A stretch of DNA of 13,658 nt from a virus (taxonomy: Duplodnaviria > Heunggongvirae > Uroviricota > Caudoviricetes), in IMG/VR virus record IMGVR_UViG_3300029610_000357, positions 116,285-129,942 of that record; one strand, 5' to 3'. Shown here piece by piece: positions 1-7,947 of the stretch; position 1 is the stretch's first letter, and each line of letters opens with the position of its first letter. The notes below the pieces were generated by a model that was not told the DNA's origin, did no database searches, and saw only the letters and a program-made list of their open reading frames with translations. A program made the position numbers and the translations under genes.

Positions 1-1
1 A

Positions 2-175
2 ATTCTGATCTGGATTTCACTTATTGGATCGGGAGCTTATTTAATGCATACAGGTAAAAAATTAGGAGACAAAGAAAAACGAGAAAAAGGTCGTAAAACC
101 GTCACAACAGGCTGTGTCTTTTGGTGCATTTATTATCCAATTTCAATCATTATTAGATTATTAGGAGGATTCTAA
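2..175 (+). CDS. Partial (5'-truncated) small two-TM membrane protein
   Basis: Open frame ...ILIWISLIGSGAYLMHTGKKLGDKEKREKGRKTVTTGCVFWCIYYPISIIIRLLGGF*; its stop overlaps the next ATG (TAATG); not in the ORF track. Confidence 0.7.
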   Translation: MLIWISLIGSGAYLMHTGKKLGDKEKREKGRKTVTTGCVFWCIYYPISIIIRLLGGF

Positions 176-354
176 TGAGTAAAGAAACAATTAAAATGTT
201 TTGTATTCTTATATGGGGTTGCACTTTTATCCCCGGACTCTTTATTGAACATAAAGGAGATGTAAAAGGTGATATAAAATTGTCAACGATAGGTGCATTC
301 CTCAGAATGATTGGAAGCATTTCACTATTTGTTGCGGTATTAATGAATTTTTAA
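175..354 (+). CDS. Small two-TM membrane protein (59 aa), likely paralog of the upstream ORF
   Basis: AGGAGG SD upstream; MSKETIKMFCILIWGCTFIPGLFIEHKGDVKGDIKLSTIGAFLRMIGSISLFVAVLMNF*; two hydrophobic segments. Confidence 0.75.
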   Translation: MSKETIKMFCILIWGCTFIPGLFIEHKGDVKGDIKLSTIGAFLRMIGSISLFVAVLMNF

Positions 355-366
355 GAGGAGAGTCAA

Positions 367-900
367 ATGAGTAAAGTATTATTGGTTCTACTTGGAGAAA
401 GTGGAACAGGTAAAACAACAATTGCAAATGAATTAAGAAATAAGTATAACATGAAAGTTCTTCAGAGCTATACGACTCGACCTAAAAGAGATGAAAATGA
501 AGATGGTCATACATTCGTTTCCTTGGGAGAATATTTATTACTGAAGGACAAAGTCGCTGAAAACAAATACAGCGGTTATTTTTATTGTGCAACTGAAGAG
601 CAAGTCAATGAGAATGACATCTATGTATGTGACTGCGAAGGTATTAAGATGCTTCGAGAAACGTATAAGGGAGACAAAAAGATTATTGTTGTTAGGCTAA
701 CATGTCCAAGAGATGAACGCATTAAGAGAATGGAGAAAGACAGAAGAACGTCTCAGACCATCCTTTTAAGAGATCTTTATGATGAGAAGGCTTTTCAGTA
801 TGCAGATATGTTAGCAGATTACATGTTAGACAATGATAATCTTGAAGAAACTGTTGATGCTGTTCGTTATATTTACGAAAAAGAATGTGAGGAAGACTAA
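367..900 (+). CDS. gmk: Guanylate kinase-like nucleotide kinase (phage)
   Basis: Walker A GESGTGKTT, guanylate-kinase signature SYTTRPKR.E..DG.H.FV, GAGGAG SD. Confidence 0.8.
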   Translation: MSKVLLVLLGESGTGKTTIANELRNKYNMKVLQSYTTRPKRDENEDGHTFVSLGEYLLLKDKVAENKYSGYFYCATEEQVNENDIYVCDCEGIKMLRETYKGDKKIIVVRLTCPRDERIKRMEKDRRTSQTILLRDLYDEKAFQYADMLADYMLDNDNLEETVDAVRYIYEKECEED

Positions 901-1469
901 TGGAATACATAGTAGAATATCGTGCCGTTCTTAAAGAAAATAAGAGTGGAAATATTTTAGTAGAAGTTCCAGATTTGAATATATTTTGTTATGGATCATC
1001 TATGACAGAAGCTATGGATGAAACAGAGAGATGTATTACAAAAGAGTGTATTGAGAGGCTGATTCTCACTCAGCCTCTTCCAATGGTTACAACGAAAAAA
1101 GAAGATCTGGATTCTTACATATTGAAAAATTTTGAACAGACAATGGTGATTCCAATGTTTGTAAAATTTGATTATATTGATTATAGAAGACCTACTGAGA
1201 TTGCAGATGTTAAAGAAAAGGCTGCTTCTTTAGGTGAGAGTGTTAAAAGATTGGGTTCTAAACTGAAAAAGCTACATGAGATTAAAAGAGATACTCGGAA
1301 GTTGAAGAAAAAATTACATAAAGAATCTGAACAAAATCTTAAAGAAATGAAACAGATCTTTGATGAATGGCATGGAATTATTGACAAAGATATTAAAGGA
1401 TCTAAAGGGAGAGTAGATGAAATTTTAGAAGAACTTAAAAACGTAGAAGATTTTGATGAGGAGGAATAA
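900..1469 (+). CDS. HicB-like (antitoxin-fold) N-terminal domain plus a charged coiled-coil C-terminus
   Basis: YRAVL..ILVEVPDLNIFCYGSSMTEAMDE...CI resembles the HicB V.fPDl.gc.t.G.t.eEA motif; the C-terminal half is Lys/Glu-rich and helical. Confidence 0.6.
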   Translation: MEYIVEYRAVLKENKSGNILVEVPDLNIFCYGSSMTEAMDETERCITKECIERLILTQPLPMVTTKKEDLDSYILKNFEQTMVIPMFVKFDYIDYRRPTEIADVKEKAASLGESVKRLGSKLKKLHEIKRDTRKLKKKLHKESEQNLKEMKQIFDEWHGIIDKDIKGSKGRVDEILEELKNVEDFDEEE

Positions 1470-1472
1470 ACA

Positions 1473-3698
1473 GTGCAGGTAATTAAGAGAGATTGTTCTT
1501 TAGTAGATTTTGACGAAGCGAAAATTTTCAATGCCATTATGAAAGCGATGAAAAATGGGTCAGGAATTGTCAAACCTGTTATCGCAAAACAGATTGCGGA
1601 AGAAATTGAAGCAGAGTGTAGAGAAAAAGCAGATGATGTTGATATTTCTACAATTGAATCAAGAGTATTTTTAAAGTTAATTGAGAAAGATCAAGGACTT
1701 ACAGCTAAAGCATACGAAGGGTATAGGAAAGTAAGAGAATTCCAGAGAGAAAATAATACCATAGATGATGAAATTTTTCGTTTGATCGAAGATTGTGATG
1801 ATTACATTAAAGATGAAAACGCAAATAAAAATTCAGTTTTAAATCCTACAAAAAGAGATTATATAGCAGGATCAGTTAGCAAAGATGCGACAGTAAGATA
1901 TTTGCTTTCTCCAGAGATTGTACAAGCACATAAAGAGGGGATTATTCATTTCCATGATACAGATTATTTTATTCAAAAGATGCACAATTGTGGATTAATT
2001 AATTTAGAAGACATGCTTCAGAATGGAACAGTGATTAGTGAAACATTGATCGAGAAACCACATTCTTTTTCAACGGCCTGCAACATATCAACACAAATTA
2101 TTGCTCAGGTTGCAAGTTCTCAATATGGTGGACAGAGTATTTCATTGGCTCATTTGGCTCCATTCGTAGAAGTTAGTAGGAAGAAAATACAAACAGAAGT
2201 TGAAAAAGAATGGGAAGGAATTGTTGTTGATGACAAAGAAGAACGATTAAGAAGGATTGTATCCGATAGATTACGTTTAGAGATTAAAAAGGGTGTACAA
2301 ACAATTCAATATCAGCTAGTGACTTTAATGACAACGAACGGGCAATCACCTTTTATTACAATCTTTATGTATTTAAACGAAGCAAGAAACGAACAAGAGA
2401 AAAAAGATCTTGCCATGCTTATTGAAGAAATGATAGTACAAAGAACAGAAGGTGTTAAAAACGAAGATGGTGTATTTATTGCACCAGCGTTTCCAAAATT
2501 AATTTATGTCCTAGAAGACGATAATTGCGATGAATCTACAGAGTACTGGTATCTGACAAAATTAGCAGCAAAATGTTCTGCAAAAAGATTAGTGCCAGAC
2601 TATATTTCTGAAAAGGTTATGAAAGAGCTAAAAGGAGATGTTTATACTTGCATGGGATGCAGATCATTCTTAACCCCTGATCGTTTCACAGACAAAGGAA
2701 TTGGCAATATTGCTAACGCAAAAAATTATGATCCTAAAGAACATAAATATTATGGAAGATTTAACCAAGGTGTCGTTACTATTTCACTTCCCGATCTTGC
2801 ATTTTCATCTGCGGGAAATTTTGATACTTTTTGGGAACTATTCGAAGAGAGAACAGAATTGTGCCATAAAGCTTTAAAAGCCAGACATCAACGACTACTT
2901 GGAACGAACTCTGATGTTGCTCCTGTTTTATGGCAGTATGGAGCTTATAGTCGATTGAAAAAACATGAGCCAATTGATAAGTTACTTTTTGACGGATATT
3001 CAACAATTTCTTTAGGGTATGCGGGGCTATATGAGTGTGTAAAATTTATGACCGGACATTCTCATTCTGAAAAAGAGGGTGAGGAATTTGGTTTACAGAT
3101 TATGCAAAAGTTAAATGATAAATGTACCGAATGGAAAGAATCAGAGAATATTGATTACAGTCTTTATGGAACCCCATTAGAATCAACGACATATAAATTT
3201 GCAAAATGTTTAAAAAATAGATTCGGTGATGATATTTTTGAAAAGTTAGATGGAAGAGATAGGAATTATATTACTAATAGCTATCATATCCCTGTGTTTG
3301 AAGAAATTGATGCTTTTGAAAAACTTAGAATAGAATCTAAATTTCAAAAGTTATCTCCTGGTGGTGCAATTAGCTATATTGAAACACCAAATATGGAACA
3401 TAATGTAAGTGCTCTATTAGAAGTTATTAAATATATGTATGACCATATTATGTATGCCGAAATTAACACAAAAAGCTGCTATTGTGAAGAATGTGGCTAT
3501 TCTGGTGATATTCCACTGGTTGATGAAGATGGGACACTCAAGTGGAAATGTCCTCAGTGCGGTAATGAGGATGGATCAACAATGGATATAGCCTTTAGAT
3601 GCTGTGGCTACGTCGGCACATCTAAAAATGGCGGCAATCAGGGACGATATGGAGATATTCATGATCGAGTTTATCATTTAGACGATAAGGAGTTTTAA
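1473..3698 (+). CDS. nrdD: Anaerobic (class III) ribonucleoside-triphosphate reductase
   Basis: N-terminal ATP cone (VIKRD...FD..KI), IHFHD..Y, HNCGL, MGCRSFL, GRFNQGVVTI, YGTPLES, TNSYH, CxxC...CxxC Zn site, glycyl-radical loop RCCGYVG; GTG start after GAGGAGG. Confidence 0.97.
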   Translation: MQVIKRDCSLVDFDEAKIFNAIMKAMKNGSGIVKPVIAKQIAEEIEAECREKADDVDISTIESRVFLKLIEKDQGLTAKAYEGYRKVREFQRENNTIDDEIFRLIEDCDDYIKDENANKNSVLNPTKRDYIAGSVSKDATVRYLLSPEIVQAHKEGIIHFHDTDYFIQKMHNCGLINLEDMLQNGTVISETLIEKPHSFSTACNISTQIIAQVASSQYGGQSISLAHLAPFVEVSRKKIQTEVEKEWEGIVVDDKEERLRRIVSDRLRLEIKKGVQTIQYQLVTLMTTNGQSPFITIFMYLNEARNEQEKKDLAMLIEEMIVQRTEGVKNEDGVFIAPAFPKLIYVLEDDNCDESTEYWYLTKLAAKCSAKRLVPDYISEKVMKELKGDVYTCMGCRSFLTPDRFTDKGIGNIANAKNYDPKEHKYYGRFNQGVVTISLPDLAFSSAGNFDTFWELFEERTELCHKALKARHQRLLGTNSDVAPVLWQYGAYSRLKKHEPIDKLLFDGYSTISLGYAGLYECVKFMTGHSHSEKEGEEFGLQIMQKLNDKCTEWKESENIDYSLYGTPLESTTYKFAKCLKNRFGDDIFEKLDGRDRNYITNSYHIPVFEEIDAFEKLRIESKFQKLSPGGAISYIETPNMEHNVSALLEVIKYMYDHIMYAEINTKSCYCEECGYSGDIPLVDEDGTLKWKCPQCGNEDGSTMDIAFRCCGYVGTSKNGGNQGRYGDIHDRVYHLDDKEF

Positions 3699-3700
3699 CA

Positions 3701-4228
3701 ATGAGATACGCAGCAATAAGAAAAATGGATATTAGTAATGGAGAGGGACTTGGTGTCTCTCTCTTTGTTCAAGGATGTCATTTCCATTGTAAGAATTGTT
3801 TTAACAAAGAAACATGGGATTTTGATGGTGGCAATGAACTAACTTTTAAAGAAATTGAGAAACTATTGCATCAGTTATCAAAGCCTCAATATGCAAGATT
3901 GAGTATTCTTGGTGGTGAACCATTGGCGAAAGAGAATATTGATGACGTTTTTGCCTTGTGTAAATTCGTCAAACAGTTTATGCCAGAAAAACAAATCTGG
4001 GTATACAGTGGATATACAATAGAAAATATGGGGTTTCCTAATTTTCATGACATTGATCAATTAAAACGATTTAATGTTTTATACCATACAGATGTTCTCG
4101 TAGATGGACAGTACATTGATGAATTGAAGGACATGTCCTACCCGTGGGCAGGATCAACCAACCAGAGAGTCATTAATGTACAGGAGTCATTAAAGAAAAA
4201 TGAGGTAGTACTATGGAGAAAATCATAA
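3701..4228 (+). CDS. nrdG: Anaerobic RNR activating protein (radical SAM)
   Basis: DISNGEG.GVSLFVQGC, CxxxCxxC (CHFHCKNC), LGGEP, DVLVDG.Y, GSTNQRVI; directly follows nrdD. Confidence 0.96.
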   Translation: MRYAAIRKMDISNGEGLGVSLFVQGCHFHCKNCFNKETWDFDGGNELTFKEIEKLLHQLSKPQYARLSILGGEPLAKENIDDVFALCKFVKQFMPEKQIWVYSGYTIENMGFPNFHDIDQLKRFNVLYHTDVLVDGQYIDELKDMSYPWAGSTNQRVINVQESLKKNEVVLWRKS

Positions 4229-4464
4229 TAGAAATTTTAACCATCTTAGGACGAAGTGGCGTTTTTGTTGCCTTGTGTTTTGGTGTTCAGATAATTATTT
4301 GGATAATTGCTGGGATAGTGAAAGCTATAAAAAAAAGAAGTATAAAAGCATTCCAACATATAGTATTTGATGACAAATGGGGAGCCCCTATGTGTTGGAG
4401 AATAATGGCTGTAAGTACATGTTTTTCAGTTCTTATGTATTTTATTATTAATGCTATTGGATAG
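4213..4464 (+). CDS. Small membrane protein, hypothetical
   Basis: GAGGT SD; two hydrophobic stretches; overlaps the end of nrdG. Confidence 0.65.
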   Translation: MEKIIIEILTILGRSGVFVALCFGVQIIIWIIAGIVKAIKKRSIKAFQHIVFDDKWGAPMCWRIMAVSTCFSVLMYFIINAIG

Positions 4465-4479
4465 AAAAGAGGTGATTCT

Positions 4480-4995
4480 ATTATAGATATAAATTTTGTT
4501 CATCGCCAAACAGACGAGCTCTTGTGGAAAGAAGCAATGGCAAAGCTTCATAAAATATCAACAGAAGAAGTAGATTCATACGTAGATCAGTGCCATAAAA
4601 AATATGGAAACCTACTTACTTTAGACCAACAAAGAAATTATATAAGAGCAGTCATTGAGGCTGATCATCCCTTCCAGTATTTCCAATTTACTGGAAGGGT
4701 TTTTCGTTTTAGAAGAAGTAATTTATTCTGGCTACCCGATGTTCCTAAATGGTTTCGTAAATTTTATAACGAAGATGGGTGTAAAATTCATGAGTATATT
4801 CACAATCAAAAAAGAACTCAGATGGGCTATATTAGTTTCTCCTATTCTGTAAAGAAGGGTTGTGACAAGGATGATTATATAGTTAATATTGATCCTTGTG
4901 GGATAATGGCAATTCCTAGAGAGTTGTTTGAAAAATGTTATAACAAAAATGAAATAGCTTTATATGAATATTGCATAATACAATGCTATCTATGA
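4480..4995 (+). CDS. YGN-array paralog 1 (type A: YGN module + QFTG...DYI...FE..Y domain); probable ATT start, ORF track start is 4522
   Basis: DQCHKKYGNLLTLDQQRNYIRAV; YFQFTG, PKWFR, DKDDYIV, ELFEKCY shared with paralog 2; GAGGTG SD at 4469-4474 lies 5 nt before an in-frame ATT. Confidence 0.75.
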   Translation: MIDINFVHRQTDELLWKEAMAKLHKISTEEVDSYVDQCHKKYGNLLTLDQQRNYIRAVIEADHPFQYFQFTGRVFRFRRSNLFWLPDVPKWFRKFYNEDGCKIHEYIHNQKRTQMGYISFSYSVKKGCDKDDYIVNIDPCGIMAIPRELFEKCYNKNEIALYEYCIIQCYL

Positions 4996-5039
4996 TGCTT
5001 AAAAAATAAATGGAAATGGTAGAAAAGGAAGGTGACCAA

Positions 5040-5591
5040 ATGGAGTCAAAAACATCTAAAGAAAGATGGATTTATACAATCGCAGAGCTTTACGGAGTTT
5101 CAGTAGGAGATATTCAATTTATGTTAAACAAATGTAAAGCAACTTATGGGAATAGACTTGATTTTGAGCAGTTGAAAAAATATGTGAGAGCCGTTTTAGA
5201 TGAGATTTCTCCTATAAGGTATTTTCAGTTTACTGGACATGCAGGAGAAGCAGGCTTCATAAAAAATGCAAACGGTGGTTATAAATACGACTATGAATGG
5301 GATGAATATATTCCACAATGGTTTAGAGACTATTGCTATACTTCTAATGAAGATAGGAGAAGATCTTGTTACATAATGACATCTTTATCTAATGAAGAAG
5401 ATGGAACAATTGTATTTGCAGATCCAGAGAAAGGAGCTGCAGACAAAGGCGATTACATTATAAAAACATATGGCGTTGGAATTGTAGCTGTTCCTAAGGC
5501 AATTTTTGAATCGACATATCAAAAAGACGAAGATCGCTTATATCAATATTTAAATAGTAGCCGTATTCTGCATTTTGATGAGGAGGAGTGA
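5040..5591 (+). CDS. YGN-array paralog 2 (type A)
   Basis: NKCKATYGNRLDFEQLKKYVRAV; YFQFTG, PQWFR, DKGDYII, AIFESTY; AAGGTG SD 5 nt before ATG 5040. Confidence 0.8.
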   Translation: MESKTSKERWIYTIAELYGVSVGDIQFMLNKCKATYGNRLDFEQLKKYVRAVLDEISPIRYFQFTGHAGEAGFIKNANGGYKYDYEWDEYIPQWFRDYCYTSNEDRRRSCYIMTSLSNEEDGTIVFADPEKGAADKGDYIIKTYGVGIVAVPKAIFESTYQKDEDRLYQYLNSSRILHFDEEE

Positions 5592-5596
5592 ACAGG

Positions 5597-5899
5597 ATGA
5601 ATTCGAATCATTCAATTAGAAATATTTTTAAAAAGTTGGTTCAGATTGAGTATGCTGTTACAAATGAGAAAATGGAATCTTTACTTGAAGGTTTAGATAA
5701 TCAATATGGTAATTCTCTTAGTGAAAAAGAAAAGCAAAGTTATGTACTTAACTACTGTAAAAACAATTGTAATTATAAGCATAAATATAGAGGGAGTTAC
5801 ATCGGTACTAGAGGCTTTATTGATGACAACGAATTACTACATCAATTTAATCAGGAGTTTACGATATCTTATCCTAGAAATGGAATTACTCTCATGTAG
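5597..5899 (+). CDS. YGN-array paralog 3 (type B)
   Basis: GLDNQYGNSLSEKEKQSYV..YC...YR....GTR; start after AGGAGTGAACAGG. Confidence 0.78.
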   Translation: MNSNHSIRNIFKKLVQIEYAVTNEKMESLLEGLDNQYGNSLSEKEKQSYVLNYCKNNCNYKHKYRGSYIGTRGFIDDNELLHQFNQEFTISYPRNGITLM

Positions 5900-5914
5900 A
5901 AAGGAGTGAACAGA

Positions 5915-6274
5915 ATGACAACAACAAGAACAATAGTAGATGCCACAGGCACCAAAATAAACCTAAGCTGGAAAGCATTACAAAGACAATTTTTTATTGC
6001 TTCATTGACAACAAAATATAATGTCACAGTAAGAGGGCTTCAAGCTCTATACAAACGATTAGATAAGCAATATGGGAATACTCTTACAGAAGAAGAAAAA
6101 GAATGCTATATCACTATATTCTGTGAAAGAATATATGAGGTCAACTATTTCTTTTCACATTATCGTTCTTTAAACTTCGATGGCACTCGAAGCGCCAATT
6201 TAATAATAACAGCAGATCAATTAATGAATGATCAGTTTCGATGGGGCCATAGAACTAATTCTACACATATTTAA
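5915..6274 (+). CDS. YGN-array paralog 4 (type B)
   Basis: RLDKQYGNTLTEEEKECYI..FC...YR.....GTR; start after AGGAGTGAACAGA. Confidence 0.78.
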   Translation: MTTTRTIVDATGTKINLSWKALQRQFFIASLTTKYNVTVRGLQALYKRLDKQYGNTLTEEEKECYITIFCERIYEVNYFFSHYRSLNFDGTRSANLIITADQLMNDQFRWGHRTNSTHI

Positions 6275-6287
6275 AAGGAGTGATTGG

Positions 6288-6623
6288 ATGAATGAAGAAT
6301 GGGTAAACAAAAATATGAGCATTCGAGAAGCTAGAATTTGGTTAATGTTTTTGGAATACGAATGTCCTAAAGATAAAATTGAAGAACTATACGACCAAGT
6401 GGACAAGAGATATGGGAATAATTTAACAGAGAAACAAAAATTTGAATATGTGTCTCATATTTTGCAGAAAACAAAAGCTAAGCAATCAATTCGTGATGAT
6501 TTAGCTACTGTTTATTACGCAGGGGATGGGTCAGCAATAGCAGTGATAGGGAGACCCCTTGAAAGCTTTTCTGATGCAACCCTTAAAGTTTTTAGTCCAA
6601 TTATGGGAGAGGTGATTAAATGA
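6288..6623 (+). CDS. YGN-array paralog 5 (type C)
   Basis: DQVDKRYGNNLTEKQKFEYV...L....KQ...DDL...IMGEVIK; AAGGAG SD before ATG 6288 (the ORF track start 6228 lies inside the previous gene). Confidence 0.8.
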   Translation: MNEEWVNKNMSIREARIWLMFLEYECPKDKIEELYDQVDKRYGNNLTEKQKFEYVSHILQKTKAKQSIRDDLATVYYAGDGSAIAVIGRPLESFSDATLKVFSPIMGEVIK

Positions 6624-6964
6624 CTAACAGGGAATTTGGAATACATTTGTTAGCTATCGAAAATAGAGAACCTGTATTTAGAATTAGAGATATGTTTAAC
6701 CAAGTAGATTTGAAGTACGGCAATGTAATATCTGAGAATCAGAAGTTTAAATATGTAGCACGAACACTGGAGAGGAAAAGATTTAAACAGTTGGCTTACG
6801 ATGACTTAAATCCCATTTTCTTTGAAACTGCCAAATCGAAAGGTGTTGCACTAGCTCATACAGATAGCTTAGACGAAGAAACAATTAAAAATTTAGGATC
6901 TTTTTTAACTGATGCAATGAAGAATGGAGAACTATTTCAGATTATGAGCGAGGTGATCAAATGA
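6620..6964 (+). CDS. YGN-array paralog 6 (type C)
   Basis: NQVDLKYGNVISENQKFKYV...L....KQ...DDL...IMSEVIK; ATGA coupling with paralog 5. Confidence 0.8.
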   Translation: MTNREFGIHLLAIENREPVFRIRDMFNQVDLKYGNVISENQKFKYVARTLERKRFKQLAYDDLNPIFFETAKSKGVALAHTDSLDEETIKNLGSFLTDAMKNGELFQIMSEVIK

Positions 6965-7161
6965 TTAAGATCCTTAAGCAAGGAAACATAGGGCAAGTTG
7001 AATGTGGTAACTGCAAAGCTTTGCTCCAATACCAAGACACAGATGTTCGCCATATGGGTTTTACAATACAAGGAGAAGATTTTTGTAACAAATATGTTGT
7101 TCGCAACTTTATTATTTGCCCTCAATGCCAGAAAAGAATTGATTTAGGTACAACAGAATAG
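6961..7161 (+). CDS. Small Zn-ribbon protein
   Basis: CGNC...CPQC; ATGA overlap and GAGGTG SD. Confidence 0.75.
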   Translation: MIKILKQGNIGQVECGNCKALLQYQDTDVRHMGFTIQGEDFCNKYVVRNFIICPQCQKRIDLGTTE

Positions 7162-7181
7162 ATTTAAGGAGAGAGAAAAGG

Positions 7182-7745
7182 ATGCTACAAACACAAAATA
7201 ATTGCCACATTAACACAACAACAAGAACAATCTTTTTAGGAGATGATATAGATGAGAAGTCCATGAGTTATATTCAATTTTATCTATTAGAATTAATTCA
7301 TGCAGATGATGCAAAAGACTCTAAGGAAAAAGATTTTAAAAGAGAGCCAATCAAAATGTATATAAATTCTCATGGTGGCAGTGTAGATAATATGTGGGGG
7401 CTTATTGATATTATGTTAAATAGTAATACACCAATTCATACATACTGTACAGGCTATGCTTATAGTGCAGGTTTTAAAATCTTTTTGGCAGGCTCTAAAA
7501 GATATTGTTACAAACATTCAATGTTCTGTTACCATCAGCTGTCCAGTTGGATTGCAGGGAAATATCAGGATCTTGTAGAAGAAAGAGAGCTTATAGATAC
7601 TCGACAGAAAGAAATAGAAGATTATGTAGCTGATAGGACTAATATGACAAAGAAGCTTCTGAAAGATATTAAAATTAAGAAAAAGGATTTTTATATACGA
7701 GCTGAAGATGCAATTGAGTATGGAATTGTAGATGTAATTTTATAA
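7182..7745 (+). CDS. clpP: ClpP-family serine protease (phage-encoded)
   Basis: RTIFL..DID, PIKMYINSHGGSV, TYCTG.AYSAG (Ser), YHQ (His), KDFY (Asp), AEDAIEYGIVDVI. Confidence 0.9.
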   Translation: MLQTQNNCHINTTTRTIFLGDDIDEKSMSYIQFYLLELIHADDAKDSKEKDFKREPIKMYINSHGGSVDNMWGLIDIMLNSNTPIHTYCTGYAYSAGFKIFLAGSKRYCYKHSMFCYHQLSSWIAGKYQDLVEERELIDTRQKEIEDYVADRTNMTKKLLKDIKIKKKDFYIRAEDAIEYGIVDVIL

Positions 7746-7762
7746 AGAATGAGGTGATTAAA

Positions 7763-7945
7763 ATTAGAATCATTAAATATTTTATTGAATGGTACAAATT
7801 TGAAAGCATATTTGGTACAACGAGATTAAAGTGTATTGTCAAATCTTTCAAGTATGCCGTTACAAATACTGGGTGTGATTTTAATAATTGGTTATTCGAC
7901 AAAGGTATTAGGAAAACACATAGAAAAGATGAATTTAAATTTTGA
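7763..7945 (+). CDS. Hypothetical protein (~60 aa); probable ATT start, ORF track start is GTG 7754
   Basis: The GTG at 7754 is part of the GAGGTG SD (7751-7756); in-frame ATT 6 nt downstream. Confidence 0.55.
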   Translation: MRIIKYFIEWYKFESIFGTTRLKCIVKSFKYAVTNTGCDFNNWLFDKGIRKTHRKDEFKF

Positions 7946-7947
7946 TC

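Noticed and set aside
1473..3698. Intron or intein in nrdD (common in phage RNR genes)
   Set aside because: The ORF is continuous and of normal length, with motifs in the expected order and no evident insertion
4213..4995. ORF 4213-4464 and YGN paralog 1 are in the same frame, separated by one TAG (possible read-through or recoding)
   Set aside because: Paralog 1 has its own SD after the stop, and TAG serves as a normal stop elsewhere (5899, 7161, 9306, 10022)
4480..6964. Diversity-generating retroelement or CRISPR-like origin of the repeated array
   Set aside because: No reverse transcriptase, no near-identical template/variable repeat pair, and no regularly spaced identical DNA repeats; the similarity is mainly at protein level
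7182..7745. ClpP as prohead maturation protease
   Set aside because: No terminase, portal or capsid genes are adjacent; it lies among accessory and nucleotide-metabolism genes
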